DNA of 63,601 nt, the filler included, from Octopus bimaculoides (Eukaryota): the NCBI RefSeq assembly GCF_001194135.2. It is 6 parts of 5 records of this genome, joined end to end, with 100 filler letters (N's around TTAATTAATTAA, not from the genome) between each part and the next. Parts side by side here need not be neighbours in the genome. Positions count along the whole stretch, not along the records: positions 1 to 9,967 come from NC_068995.1; positions 10,068 to 23,298 come from NC_068984.1; 4 more parts are not named here. One strand, 5' to 3'. The notes beneath the pieces were generated by a model. That model saw nothing but the letters and a program-made list of their open reading frames with translations. It had not been told where the DNA came from and searched no databases. Shown here one piece after another: positions 1 through 11,258 of the stretch. How positions within the stretch are numbered: position 1 is the first letter of the stretch; each line of letters starts with the position of its first letter. The translations under genes and the position numbers were made by a program.

Positions 1-3000
1 GCCGTCTACTCGTGACCGAGGAAGACTATTGCTGACCTTCAGGGACAATGTGCGCTCTAGGGCTAACTTATATTTTGCAATTGTCAGGAGCCCTGCTCCT
101 AACAAGCATACACAACTGCAAACATTGCAGACCAAGCCTTCCCCATTCACTACACCAGCAGTGCGCTTTCGAGCAGTACGCTTAAGTTCTTCATGTTGAA
201 TACGTGATCTCTCAAAGTGTCGACCTCCTCCTTAACCTGCATATTCCATCTGTGGCGATGACAGGCATAGTTCTCCCAGTCAGTCTCCTGCATATCACAG
301 GCCTTTAATGAGGACTTGACACAGTCCTTAAATCGCAGCCTTGGTTTCTGCCGGGGTCTCTTTCCATTCACAAGTTCCCCATATAGCATCTGTTTAGGGA
401 TCCTGCTATCCTTCATTCTAATAAGGTGTCCAGTCCAACGTAATCGGTGCTTGTGCACCATCGCCTCAATACTCAAAATATCAGCTGTCCTCAGGACCTG
501 TATGTCTGGAGTTTTTAAGGTCCAGCTAAGATTCAGAATGTGTCTGAGACATCTCTGATGAAAGCGTTCAAGGACCCCTACATGACGTTTGTAAAGGGTC
601 CATGTCTCACATGAGTAAAGGAGTGATATCAGTACACATGCACGGTACACAGCAATTTTTGTTTTCCTTGTGATACCATGCTGGGACCAGACACGAGACT
701 GAAGAGACCGGAAGGAATCAATTGCTCTCTGCATCCTGAAAGATATTTCTTCAACCAGAGGGCAAAAACGGCTGAGTGTGCTGCCCGGGTAGACAAACTT
801 GTCTACCACTTTCAGAATTGTTCCTTCAACCAAGATAGCTGGTTCCGCATATGGATTTCCTGGTGCAAGCTGGAACATTGCAACAGTCTTGTCCAAGCTA
901 ATTCTGAATCCAAATGCCTTGCAGGCAGCAGAAATACGATTCATAAATATTTGCATGTTATCTACTGTATGAGTGACCAATTCACAGTCATCTGCATAAA
1001 GGAGGTCACGAATAAGAGACTGGAAAACCTTTGAATTTACGATACACCCATTCAAGCGAGTAAGAAGAATATTTGCCAGAACCTTGCCAGCAGCTGATAA
1101 TACCTCTGTAGTTACCATACATTGTTCTGGCTCCTTTTCCTTTATAGAGAGGAAGAATAATTGCATCCTTCCAGTCCTTCGGCATCGCACCATCCCTCCA
1201 GACTGCACTAATAAGATCATGAAGAGACTATGATGCAATTACCACCAAATCGCAAGACCTCAGCACAAATTCCATCCTTTCCAGGTGCCCTACCGAGATT
1301 CAATTTACTTATTAATGTCATTACTTCATCTATTAAGAGTGTGGAATCTAATGAGCCAATGATAGGTCTTTGTTGCATAGTATCAATCACTGTTTCATCC
1401 ACAACTGACTCGTGGTTTAGGAGTTCAGAGAAGTGTTCGATCTAGCGACCTGTGATTTCTGTTGATTTAGTAAATAGCGTGGAAGACTCCTTGGAAAGCA
1501 CAGGAGCTGATGTGGAGCTCTTAGGCGCATGAATTTGCTTCAAAAGATGGTAAAGCTTCTTGCTGTCATTTGCATCAGCAGCAGCCTGAACACCACGAGC
1601 AAGATCCTCCCACCAAGCGTTCTGCATCTTCCTGAGAGATCGATGCAGTAGTGATTTTGCACTGCTGCAGTGGGTAAGTGATAGATTTCGCTGAACAGCA
1701 GAAAGTCCTCTGTACAGCAATACATTGTGGGCACGGCGCTTTACAGCCAACAGTCGTTGAACTTCAGCATCAGTTTCATCAAACCAGTCTCTGTGTCTGC
1801 ACATTGAAGAACCTAGTCTCGAAGATCTTCCCATGCTGCAGTATTTTCAATGTTAGACAATCGAGTCTGAAGCTCTTTCCTCAACACAGCATCATATATC
1901 TATCTTGTGGACTTTCAGACGCCGAGGAATGCTGGCTGGCTCTCTTCTCTCTTTCATTCTAATCATCATCCATAACTTTGCTCGCACCAAACTGTGGTCT
2001 GTCCAGCATTCTGATCTTGACATTACAAATGTCATAGATGTCACGCTTGCGGATGATGACACAATCCAGCAAGTGCCAAACTTTTGACCTTGGATACATC
2101 CATGTTGTTGTTTGATCACCTTTGTGCATAAAATGAGTGCTTGCGATGTAAAGTCAATGTTCATTTCAAAGCTCCAGCAGCCTGAAACCATTGCTACTCA
2201 TTTTCCCTACTCCAAAACATCCTAGAGAGTTCCATGTTTGCTAGTCTGTTCCAACCCTGACATTGAAATCCCCCAGTAGAATGACTTTATCAAAATTGGA
2301 GATTTTCCTAAATATGGCTCTCAGTTGGGTATAAAAATAGTCTTATCTTCATCACAGCTAGTCAGAGTAGGTACACAGGCACTTATTAGAGTAACAAACC
2401 ACCCACGTTTCAGGTGCAATCGTCATTAGACGTTCATTTATAGGAACAGGAAGCTTCCCAACTTCTTAAGGATATCAGATCGAACTGCAAAGCCAACACC
2501 AGCTTCTCTGCGCTCCAGCTTCTGCCTCCCCTTCCAAAAAAAGGTGTATCCACCTCCTACTTCCTCAAGCTGACCATCACCTTCTATACGAGTCTTTGAA
2601 AGTGCATCTATATCAATGTTATAACGGTTCAGCTCGCTAGCAACAAGCGCAGTGCGTCTTTCAGGCCTACAATTATTCATATTATCCAACAGAGTGCGCA
2701 CATTCCAACATGAAATGTTCAAGTTCCACCCAGATTTTTTTTAAATAAAAGTCTCTTTGTTTCTCGAGCGCTGAGTGGACATCCGTCAGTCGCGCTAAAC
2801 TGACCAGATATAGAAAGACAGGCAATTTTTGGTTCACCTTTTCTAGAACCTCCCCAGCCTCCGGGTGAGCAGTGCCCTCTCCAAATGGAGCTGCTCAGAC
2901 ACCCATGCAGCAACCTAATCCTACCGCTGTCGTGGGCGACAAGGAGACGACTTTATATCTAGCATGGGCCGCCTACGTGCAGGTCGCTGACTACATGCTT

Positions 3001-3655
3001 CCAACCCGTCAGGACCTTCCCATCACCGTAGGACTTCTGAATAAAAAATAAATTGAAAATATACTAAAAATATATAAATATATACTAAAAATAAAATATA
3101 TATATATAGGAAAAAAAGAAAAGCACATATCGAGCAGAGGTCAGCAATGCCCGTGTAGAGTTTTAGGTCTAATAAGGCTTGCACGACACATCATTGACCC
3201 TCTTCACTTTATTGACATTATCCAGAGAGAAGCCGGAGCAAGATGCCTGGTGTCAATATGAGTCGCAGGCTCAGGGATGTAGGAGCGCCATGATCTCTAG
3301 TACAAACCAAAGATCCCCAAAATGTTCAATGGCATTCCCTGCATATCTAGTTTTATACCAGAGTGACCTTCTCCTAGAGACATGCTTCAACAGAGGCTGA
3401 GGGGTGCCTCACTCCCAGTGGTCTTTCAGCACGCCGGACACCATTCTGGAATTTCTGCGTACCTGTGCTATTGCTAGATAGCCGTTAAGCCTGCACTAGG
3501 TCCATCCGAGCTTTCAACAGGTCTTGTTTTTAATCCTGCTGGGTTTCTAGCAACCCTCCTCACCAGGATAGCCTGGTGGGGGTACGAGTTTAGTCGCCGG
3601 CAACCCGACCTTGCAACAGGTTGCACGGGATTCCATGTTACCAGTAGCACTTATA
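1..3655 (-). mobile_element. RTE-clade non-LTR retrotransposon copy 1, decayed (5' leader ~2720-3655; APE endonuclease; RT with internal deletion)
   Basis: Minus-strand ORF pieces: 2438-2722 (ISCWNVRTLLD..ERRTALVASEL..YNIDI..LSKTR..GYTFFWKG, the RTE endonuclease N-terminus), 1892-2191 (TDHSLV), 1442-1834 (DWFDE), 1217-1402 (APGKDGI) and 150-1238 (DLLYADD, FVYPGSTLS, RLRWTGHLIRM). The RT core between GKVLANILL and RDLLYADD is missing. The leader is interrupted by an AT-rich tract at ~3040-3125. The 3' end runs off the window start. Confidence 0.93.
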
Positions 3656-4434
3656 NNNNNNNNNNNNNNNNNNNNNNNNNNNNNNNNNNNNNNNNNNNNN
3701 NNNNNNNNNNNNNNNNNNNNNNNNNNNNNNNNNNNNNNNNNNNNNNNNNNNNNNNNNNNNNNNNNNNNNNNNNNNNNNNNNNNNNNNNNNNNNNNNNNNN
3801 NNNNNNNNNNNNNNNNNNNNNNNNNNNNNNNNNNNNNNNNNNNNNNNNNNNNNNNNNNNNNNNNNNNNNNNNNNNNNNNNNNNNNNNNNNNNNNNNNNNN
3901 NNNNNNNNNNNNNNNNNNNNNNNNNNNNNNNNNNNNNNNNNNNNNNNNNNNNNNNNNNNNNNNNNNNNNNNNNNNNNNNNNNNNNNNNNNNNNNNNNNNN
4001 ATATATATATATATATATACATTAATTCATATATTTGTTTTTAATGATTTGCTTTGCATTTACTTCGCATTGTTCTGCCCTTACCCACGATCCTTTATAC
4101 AATATATTCTACACAGTGCTTCATAATAATTATTTCATTATATATATATATATAATTACGTAAATATTAGTCAGAGATTAGACAACCATCTAAGGGATAA
4201 TCAATATCCAATATACTACTTGCGTTATACCTATTTATATCCAAACGCTTGCTGTTGCATGGCAATAGTACAATTGAATAATAGGTATAAGTGGAGGTAA
4301 ACAAACGTTTATGCAGAATTTATAAGGCAAAAAAGAAAATGGAGAAGATATTCAATTGACAAATATCAGCAAGATCTATTTATTAATTACAATTATAGGA
4401 ATAAATAAGTAAATAAATAAATAAGTACAACTCT

Positions 4435-4534
4435 ACTCTTATAGATGTTTCTACTTTGGGGATCCAGCCCGCCAAAGTTGACACATCATACAACAATTAT
4501 ACAAAAATTGAACCCCAAAGCTTCATCAGAGAGT
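4435..4534 (-). ncRNA. Type I hammerhead ribozyme-like motif (intact CUGAUGA, stem III mutated)
   Basis: Minus strand reads ACUCU CUGAUGA A GCUUUGGGG...CCCCAAAGU A GAAAC AUCU AUA^ AGAGU, giving a 9-bp stem II and a 5-bp stem I. Confidence 0.7.
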
Positions 4535-4552
4535 CCATAATGGTCTCTCTGA

Positions 4553-4645
4553 TACTCTCCGATGAAGCTTTGGGGTTCCATTTTTGTATAATTTTTGCAT
4601 GATGTCAACTTTGGGACCCCCACAGTAGAAACAGCTGTAAGAGTA
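4553..4645 (+). ncRNA. Type I hammerhead ribozyme-like motif (core CCGAUGA, i.e. U4C)
   Basis: Stem I UACUCU/AGAGUA; core 4559-4565; stem II 11/13 bp (4567-4579 with 4614-4626); GAAAC 4628-4632; stem III AC-agcu-GU; GUA^ cleavage triplet 4637-4639. Confidence 0.7.
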
Positions 4646-5739
4646 GAGTTGCATTCATTCATTCATTCATTTATTTATTTATTCCTATGATTGTAATTAA
4701 TAAATAGATCTTGCAGATGTTTCTCAATTGAATATCTTCTCCATTTTCTTCCTTGAGTGTCACGGTTTGAAATTTTTTGATCAAAGATTTACAGGATCAG
4801 AGCTGACCTACAGATAAACAACTACAGATTTTCAAGTTGAATACTAATTAATCAATTTTGCCAGTGTCGAAAACCTGTAAACGTCATAAACACAGCCACT
4901 TTTCTCTGGCTGTCGTAAAATAAGAGAAACAAACAACAAAGTGTACAAAAATGCAGAGAATGTTATAAATAAATGCCAAAGCCTCCTCGTGGTCGCTAGG
5001 CCAGTTAGGAATAGTGACAGAATCTCCTTCCAACCACACTCTACCGTCTAAAAAATAAGAGTTACACTACTACTGAAAATCCACGTGATGATCTTGGCTT
5101 CAGTATTCTAATCATAGGTTTGATGGATCAGGGCCGCCTTGAAGTTAAATAGCAACAACAACAATGCAGAACAACAATGACAAAATCTGAAGTCAAAAAT
5201 AATTTTCAGCGTTGTTGTTTTGATGTTGATGATAGAGCAGACCTTCTGTCAAAAGCCTTCCAACAGTGACCCATCTCACGGCTAAATGCAATATTTTGTC
5301 GGGCTTATTATGAAATGTGTTACAATGTGAAGCTCCAGATCTTTTTTTTTTTTTTTTCTGTAAGATAATGTCAAATATTTCCTTCGTGATAGGGTGTGAT
5401 TTGAAGAAATTGGGCCGCTATTTCTGGCAGGTTGAATCATTATTGAAATGGCTAAGAAAATAAATTTTATATGAATTACTTACGCTTAGCAAATGCAACC
5501 AGTGGGAAAGCCGGAAAAGTAATTTATGAATATGCAGAGACAATGGAGCATATTCCGAATTGTGAGGTGAGAAATGACGTCATATAAGGATTATCGTCGT
5601 TGACGTAACAATGCCGATAACTAAAATGGCAGAAAGCGAAGTTAATGAGGTCGATAAGAGTGCATGTTGATTTTAATTTTGCACTGCAAGTATAGTATCC
5701 ATAACTAACATTCTATTTTTGTGAGGGACTATAAATATA

Positions 5740-6225
5740 TTAGGTTGGGTAAAAAGTTCTCTCAGTTTATTTTTAAAGAAAAATAAACACAAGTTTTAAA
5801 CATATTGCGATTTATTCAATCAAAGATATAATTGTCACTTAGTTTCAGTATCTTCTGCCTTCTTGCCGGCAGATCCATTATTTCCTGCTCAAAGAATTTC
5901 CTGTCTTTACCGGCAGAACTCTTCCAGGTGAACTTTTACACCTTTTTCACCTTATCTATTCAATGAATTCTGAAGAGACTGAAACTGGTGGAAATCTGAA
6001 GGCACAAAGGCGGGTGAATATGGAGGATGAATCAAAACTTCCCAGCCAAGCCCCAGTAATATATGCCACGTGTGCAAAGACGTGTGCAGTATGGCATTGT
6101 CCTGATGAAAGAGAATACCCATGTAATTAGTAAGCTCTGGGTGCTTCTGGTGGGTCACTGTGCTTAATTTGTCCACCTGGTCACATCTGGTTTCAGTGCT
6201 TATCAACTGTTTTCTTGCCTTTTTT
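5740..6225 (-). mobile_element. mariner transposon 3' remnant with right TIR
   Basis: ORF 5952-6206 has FHQDNAILH, LGWEVLIHPPYSPAFVPSDFH (mariner HDNARPH / WEVLPHPPYSPDLAPSD motifs). TA + TTAGGTTGG..AAAAGT TIR-like end at 5738-5760. Confidence 0.88.
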
Positions 6226-6391
6226 AAGGATCTAAATTACCTTAAAAGAGACAAGGAAACGGTTGATAAGTACTGAAGTGGTCAGTCTTAACCTCCTTAT
6301 CATTTTATTATCTCTAAATGCTTTATTTTACTTTATTCTGCATTTTATTTTTTAGTCTGTTTAGAACTCTCTTCCTTATAATTTGACCATT

Positions 6392-6535
6392 GGCGCAAGC
6401 ATAGCTGTGTAGTAAAAAACTTGCTTCCCAACCACATGGTACCTTCAGTAAGTGTCTTCCACTATAACTTCGGGCTGACCAAAGCCTTGTGAGTGGATGT
6501 GGTAGAAGAAAACTGAAAGAAGACCATTACATATA
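6392..6535 (+). mobile_element. SINE family A (tRNA head + CORE-like ccttgggcaagtgt domain), internally deleted copy
   Basis: Matches the full copy at 41888-42277 (ggcgcaagcatagctgtgtagtaa...ccaaagccttgtgagtggat..gaaactgaaagaag). Its (TA)n tail abuts the 3' end of RTE copy 2. Confidence 0.75.
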
Positions 6536-6540
6536 TATAT

Positions 6541-9500
6541 ATGATGGCTTCCCCCTCGTTATCGAGTATGGCCATTGCACGAAGCTTAACTTAACGGTGC
6601 TGTGATCGAATGTGACTTTTTAGCCCAGCCAAAGATTTACAATGTCTTGCACAGAGTTGGCATCCAAAACCTTTACTGGTAATAGCTGGCTGTTGTTGTA
6701 ATTGGGCTCCATGTACCTTTGCGTGTCGTTTAAGTCCTCCTGCTGAACCACACTCCCTTCCACATGCTCGACAGACATGATTAGTATGGTGTGTAGCATC
6801 ATCACCAGCGGCCTGGTAGTTAATCATCGGTCTTGCTTTATGATTACGAAGGTGACTCATGAGTCCAGCTTTACTGAGGCACGGTCTTGCACAGACACTG
6901 CATGTCAGTGTCATTGGAAGACCTTTACCATCTGGAAGTGCAACAACAATGCCCTTCCTGACATCCCTCCTTAATTTCTCATGTGCAATTCGTGATTTAT
7001 CAAAAGTAGTTGTCCCCTCATGCACAATCCTTCTCCACCTGCCATGGTCAGTAGCTATGCCTTCCCACGTGTTAAGAGAGATGTTAGCATCTCTCAAGGA
7101 AACCTTCAGCAAGTCTTTTATATCTCTTTATATCTCATTTTTGGTTTATGTGGAGGTCGTTCTCCTTTAGCTATCTCTCCATAAAAGAGTTGTTTTGGCA
7201 TCCTTGAATCTTTCATTCTGACCAGATGACCACTCCATCTGAGCCTTTGCTTCAACACAAGAGCCTCCACACTTTCACACCGAGAGCTTTCCAATATCTC
7301 AAAATCACTGATGCGGTCCTCCCACTTGATGCCACAGATCCGTCTGAGATACATCTGATGGAAATGTTCCAGTTTTTTAAGGTGGTATCGATATGTGACC
7401 CAGGTCTCGCAGGCATAAAGAAGAGAAGAGAGTACACACGCCTTGTACACCTTTATCTTTGTCTTCCTGCATATGTCTCGCCGACCCCAGAGACGTCTTT
7501 CTAGCCTTCCGAAAGCATCACTTGCTTTCCTAATTTTGTATGGAATTTCATTGTCCAAATTGCCATATCTATTAACAGTGCTTCCCAAGTAGACAAACTG
7601 ATCGACTACACCAAGTCTTCTACCATACACATAGATATTTGGTTCAATATACTGCTTACCAGGGGCAGGTTGGTACATGACAACAGTTTTCTTGAGATTG
7701 ACTGTCATTCCTAAGGCAGTGTAAGCATCAGAGAATGCATTCAAAATGTGTTGCATATCAATCTCTGTGTGCGCTACTAAATCACAATCATCTGCATACA
7801 AAAGGTCTCTTATGATAGAGGTAAATACCTTTGTTTTTGCAGCAAAGCGCCTGATATTAAATATGCTGCCAGAGGTTCGATAATGGATGTAAACACCATA
7901 TCTACAATTTCTAAATGCGATACAGAAAACCATTGCAAAATATATGGCGAATAGAGTCGGTGCCAGAATATCCCCTTGTTTCACTTCATTTTGTATTGAA
8001 ATGGGCTCCGACATTTTACCTCTAACATTAACCCTACCCTTCATGTCTTCACAGCAAGGAACTTTTCAGGACAACCAAGTTTCTGGAGGACTTTCCATAG
8101 TGCTTTTCTATTAACTGTATCGAAGGCCTTTGTCAGATCGACAAAAACCTGATATAAATCGAGACCCTGTTCCACACACTTTTCCTGAAGCTGTCTAGCT
8201 GAGAAGATCACATCAGCAGTGCAGCGTCCCACACGAAAATCAGATTGACTTTCTGGAAGAACACAATCTGCAACGTGTTTCAACAAACGGTCCAGATGTA
8301 CCCTGCATAAAACCTTTCCTGCGACAGAAAGCAATGATATTCCCCTGTAGTTACCACAATCATTCCTGTTACCCTTTCCCTTATATAAGACCACCATTAC
8401 TGTATCTCTCCAGTCCTCAGGTACAGATTCACTATCCCATATCCTGCCAAACAAGGAGTGAAGTTGCTGTAGAAGTTTCTTACCACCATGCTGCAACAAC
8501 TCTGCATGAATACCATCCAAACCCGGAGACCTCCCATTATTCATCCTTGAAACAGCCACAGCGACTTCTTTCAAGAGCTCTCACAGGTAATTCAGGGATG
8601 CGATTGAGAACATCCTCACTAACCATAGACTGCTGATTCAAGAGTTCATCAAAGTGTTCTTGACACCTTTGCAAAATTCCTTGTGAATCACGAAGAAGTT
8701 CTTTACCATCCCTGCTTCGAAGTGGTGTCATCAGAGAAGAAGTCGGTCCATAAACCTCTCGCAAGAGCCCATATAACAACTTTGTGTTATTGGAATCCGA
8801 TGCCGCTTGTATCTCATCAGCCTTCTTACTCCAACAGGTATCCTTCATTTGAGAGAGCCTCCGCCTCACACGTGATTTCACATCTTTAAGTTCCCTATGC
8901 AATACATTTCTCTCCTGTGGCTTTGCTAACAAATAGCGTGACAAAGTACGTCTTTTAACAGCCAATAAATCATCAATATGTTCATCATTTTCTTTAAACC
9001 AATCTTGATGCTTTCTTTGTATCAATCCCAGAACTTTCCTGCCTATATCATAAACTGACTTTTTGAGGGTCGACCAATCTTCCCCAAAATCTGCAACATT
9101 CATTTCCTCTCGTAAAGTTCTCTTCACGCCATTACAACTAAGACGAGCAACGTTCAGTCTTTNNNNNNNNNNTCTTCCACAAGATTCTGTAAGATGACCA
9201 TCTCCAGCCAGTCTCGTCTCAGACAAAGCAACGATATCAAAATCATAGCGTCGAAGCTCCTTCGCAACAAGAGCAGTCCTTCGTTCAGGACATTCTGGGG
9301 ACTTGCGGTCAAGCAGTGTCCGTACATTCCAACAGCCAATATTCAATATTTTATTTGGTTCTATCACAATAACACGATGACGGCCGGGTTCAGACTGTGA
9401 TGCTCTGGATACCCTGCCGGGCCAGACTCTTTCATCTGATGTGGTTCCAGAGTCCTTACTGCCATTTATTTTTTTACTGTCTTGGTACATCATTGATTTT

Positions 9501-9880
9501 TTGCTTTTTAAGGCTACAGCCAGCCATTTGGTTGAGACTCACAGCACTATCAACAATCATCATTTAGTTAATCGATTAATCGATCAATCCATGTTGTTAT
9601 CGTGCAGTGCCTGTACAAGAAGAATTTTTTTTAAGTGAGGAAAGGCTGTGCGCTGAGTCAATCCCACTCACTAAGCAACAGTAGCCATAACCCGAAAAGA
9701 AGAACAAGTCAACATCATCGGTAACCACTGAGCCGCAGGTTTTATGTCGGAGTTATCCCAGTTGCCTGAGTTGCCTTCTCCTAGAAGGATGCCCTAACAA
9801 GGGCTAGGGGTCCTTCACTCCCAATGGTTTAACCGCGCGATCGGGTATTCAGTCCAATTATTTCTATGTTCCCGCGCAAA
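6541..9880 (-). mobile_element. RTE-clade non-LTR retrotransposon copy 2, near full length, frameshifted; C-terminus with three C2H2 zinc fingers
   Basis: ORFs 8537-9493 (LNIGCWNVRTLLD, endonuclease; most of the domain is hidden by the N gap at 9163-9173), 8041-8574 (SPGLDGI, NYRGISLLS, QSDFR, FVDLTKAFDTV), 7118-8044 (VKQGDILAP, DLLYADD, FVYLGS, RLRWSGHL) and 6591-7112 (CSVC..H..H, CRAC..H..H, CQLC..H..H). 3' tail gaagccatcat(at)n. Confidence 0.96.
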
Positions 9881-9967
9881 AAACAGCATTAAGCTGGATA
9901 AAAAAAAAATTTTTTAAACCTTAAGCTGGGGAAAAAAAAAAGTTGATATACAATATATACATAAAAT

Positions 9968-10067
9968 NNNNNNNNNNNNNNNNNNNNNNNNNNNNNNNNN
10001 NNNNNNNNNNNTTAATTAATTAANNNNNNNNNNNNNNNNNNNNNNNNNNNNNNNNNNNNNNNNNNNN
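9968..10067. other. Assembly spacer 44N-TTAATTAATTAA-44N (also 23299-23398, 35049-35148, 50419-50518, 61550-61649)
   Basis: The identical 100-nt block occurs five times, and the 12-mer has stop codons in all six frames. It is an artificial join marker, not genomic DNA. Confidence 0.95.
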
Positions 10068-10104
<37 letters not shown>

Positions 10105-10749
10105 ATACATATATGTATATATATATATATATATATTCATACATGCATACATATATATGTATATATATATATAATGTATGTATGTATGTATATAAATATG
10201 TATGTATATATTTATATATGTATGCATGTATATATATCTGTATGTTACTGTTAATAACAATAGCACCCCTCTACCACGCTACACAATATGACAACTAAAG
10301 ACGGAATGAGAGAAGGTAAAAACACAGATACAAACAGTATAACAAACAGTATATAACCCATATACAAACACACAAGACATACATATACATACTTAAGATG
10401 AAATGAGGAAAAAAAGTACAAGAAATAGATAAGTAAATAAACGAATTAAAAAGCTAAACAAAAGACATGGGTAAAAACTGTGTAGTAAGCAAACCCATAT
10501 ATAGGCACACAAAACACATACTAAACACACACACACACACACACACACACTGATGCAAATGCATGCACAGGTAGGGATACACACCACATAAAGACAGAAT
10601 GGACTAAACAGAAGAGGCAGAAACACGTGGGATAGAGAGACATTGATGAGGTCACAGGATGTGTGATGAAAGATTTCAGACAAAGGAGACTAAAATAAGA
10701 ATAATAAAGAATAGGTATATAGTGCATGTGGTTATTTGGTTAAAAAAAA

Positions 10750-10990
10750 AATGACCATCTCCAAATACAACAATATATATATATATTGTAAATAAGTGTT
10801 ACTGTCATACAAGTGGTGTTAGTCATTTCCAATATTCTGTGAAAACATGTCTGCTCATGGGGAAATATTACTTTGCTTGGAAACAGGTCAAGATTGGTGA
10901 CAGGAAGGGCATCTGGCTGTAGAAAGTCTGCCTTGATAAACTCCATCCAACTAATGCAAGCATAAAAAAGTGGATGGGAACACATTCATG
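10750..10990 (+). mobile_element. SINE family D fragment (ggaagggcatccagctgtagaaa domain, gatgat-type tail); other copies 13395-13750(-), 18830-18930(+), 20047-20280(+), 22005-22072(-), 43640-44005(+)
   Basis: Recurrent blocks gttggcattaggaagggcatccagctgtagaaac and ccaacccatgc(t/c)agcatggaaag(c/t)ggacgttaaa(c/t)gatgatgat. Copy 43640 has internal ~24-bp tandem units (gccagtgacacataaaagcac). Confidence 0.8.
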
Positions 10991-11258
10991 CTGTGTACAT
11001 ACACACATATGATGGTCTGAGCACTGAGTTTAAAGTTTTCCTGCTAAATTGTTATAGGTTAGTGGTTTAATGGAAACGATCAAGAGGAAAATGGTTTTTG
11101 AGCAGAATTAATTGCTCAGAAAAGAAAGATTAAGAAAAAAACGCTGTCACTGCTGTTTTAAAGCTTTGAAGCAAAATAGCATTTTCTAAATTGTTAGTGA
11201 AATATTAAGAAACATGGAAAAATAAAATATTGGAAATCAGAAATTTTAAAGTTTCATT

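Larger units (their letters stand above)
4333..4750. repeat. ~420-bp foldback palindrome carrying two outward-facing minimal type I hammerhead-like motifs (Penelope/retrozyme-like)
   Basis: Arms 4333-4537 and 4541-4750 are reverse complements (e.g. aagaaaatggagaagatattcaattg / caattgaatatcttctccattttctt), with the apex at 4538-4540. Hammerhead elements are at 4553-4645 (+) and 4534-4435 (-). Confidence 0.85.

Noticed and set aside
316-9638. Many 60-120-aa plus-strand ORFs over the RTE elements
   Set aside because: Antisense frames of the retrotransposon ORFs.
10012-10023. TTAATTAATTAA recurring five times, which could look like a conserved motif or spaced repeat array
   Set aside because: Always centred in exactly 44 N + 44 N, so it is an artificial scaffolding spacer with six-frame stops.
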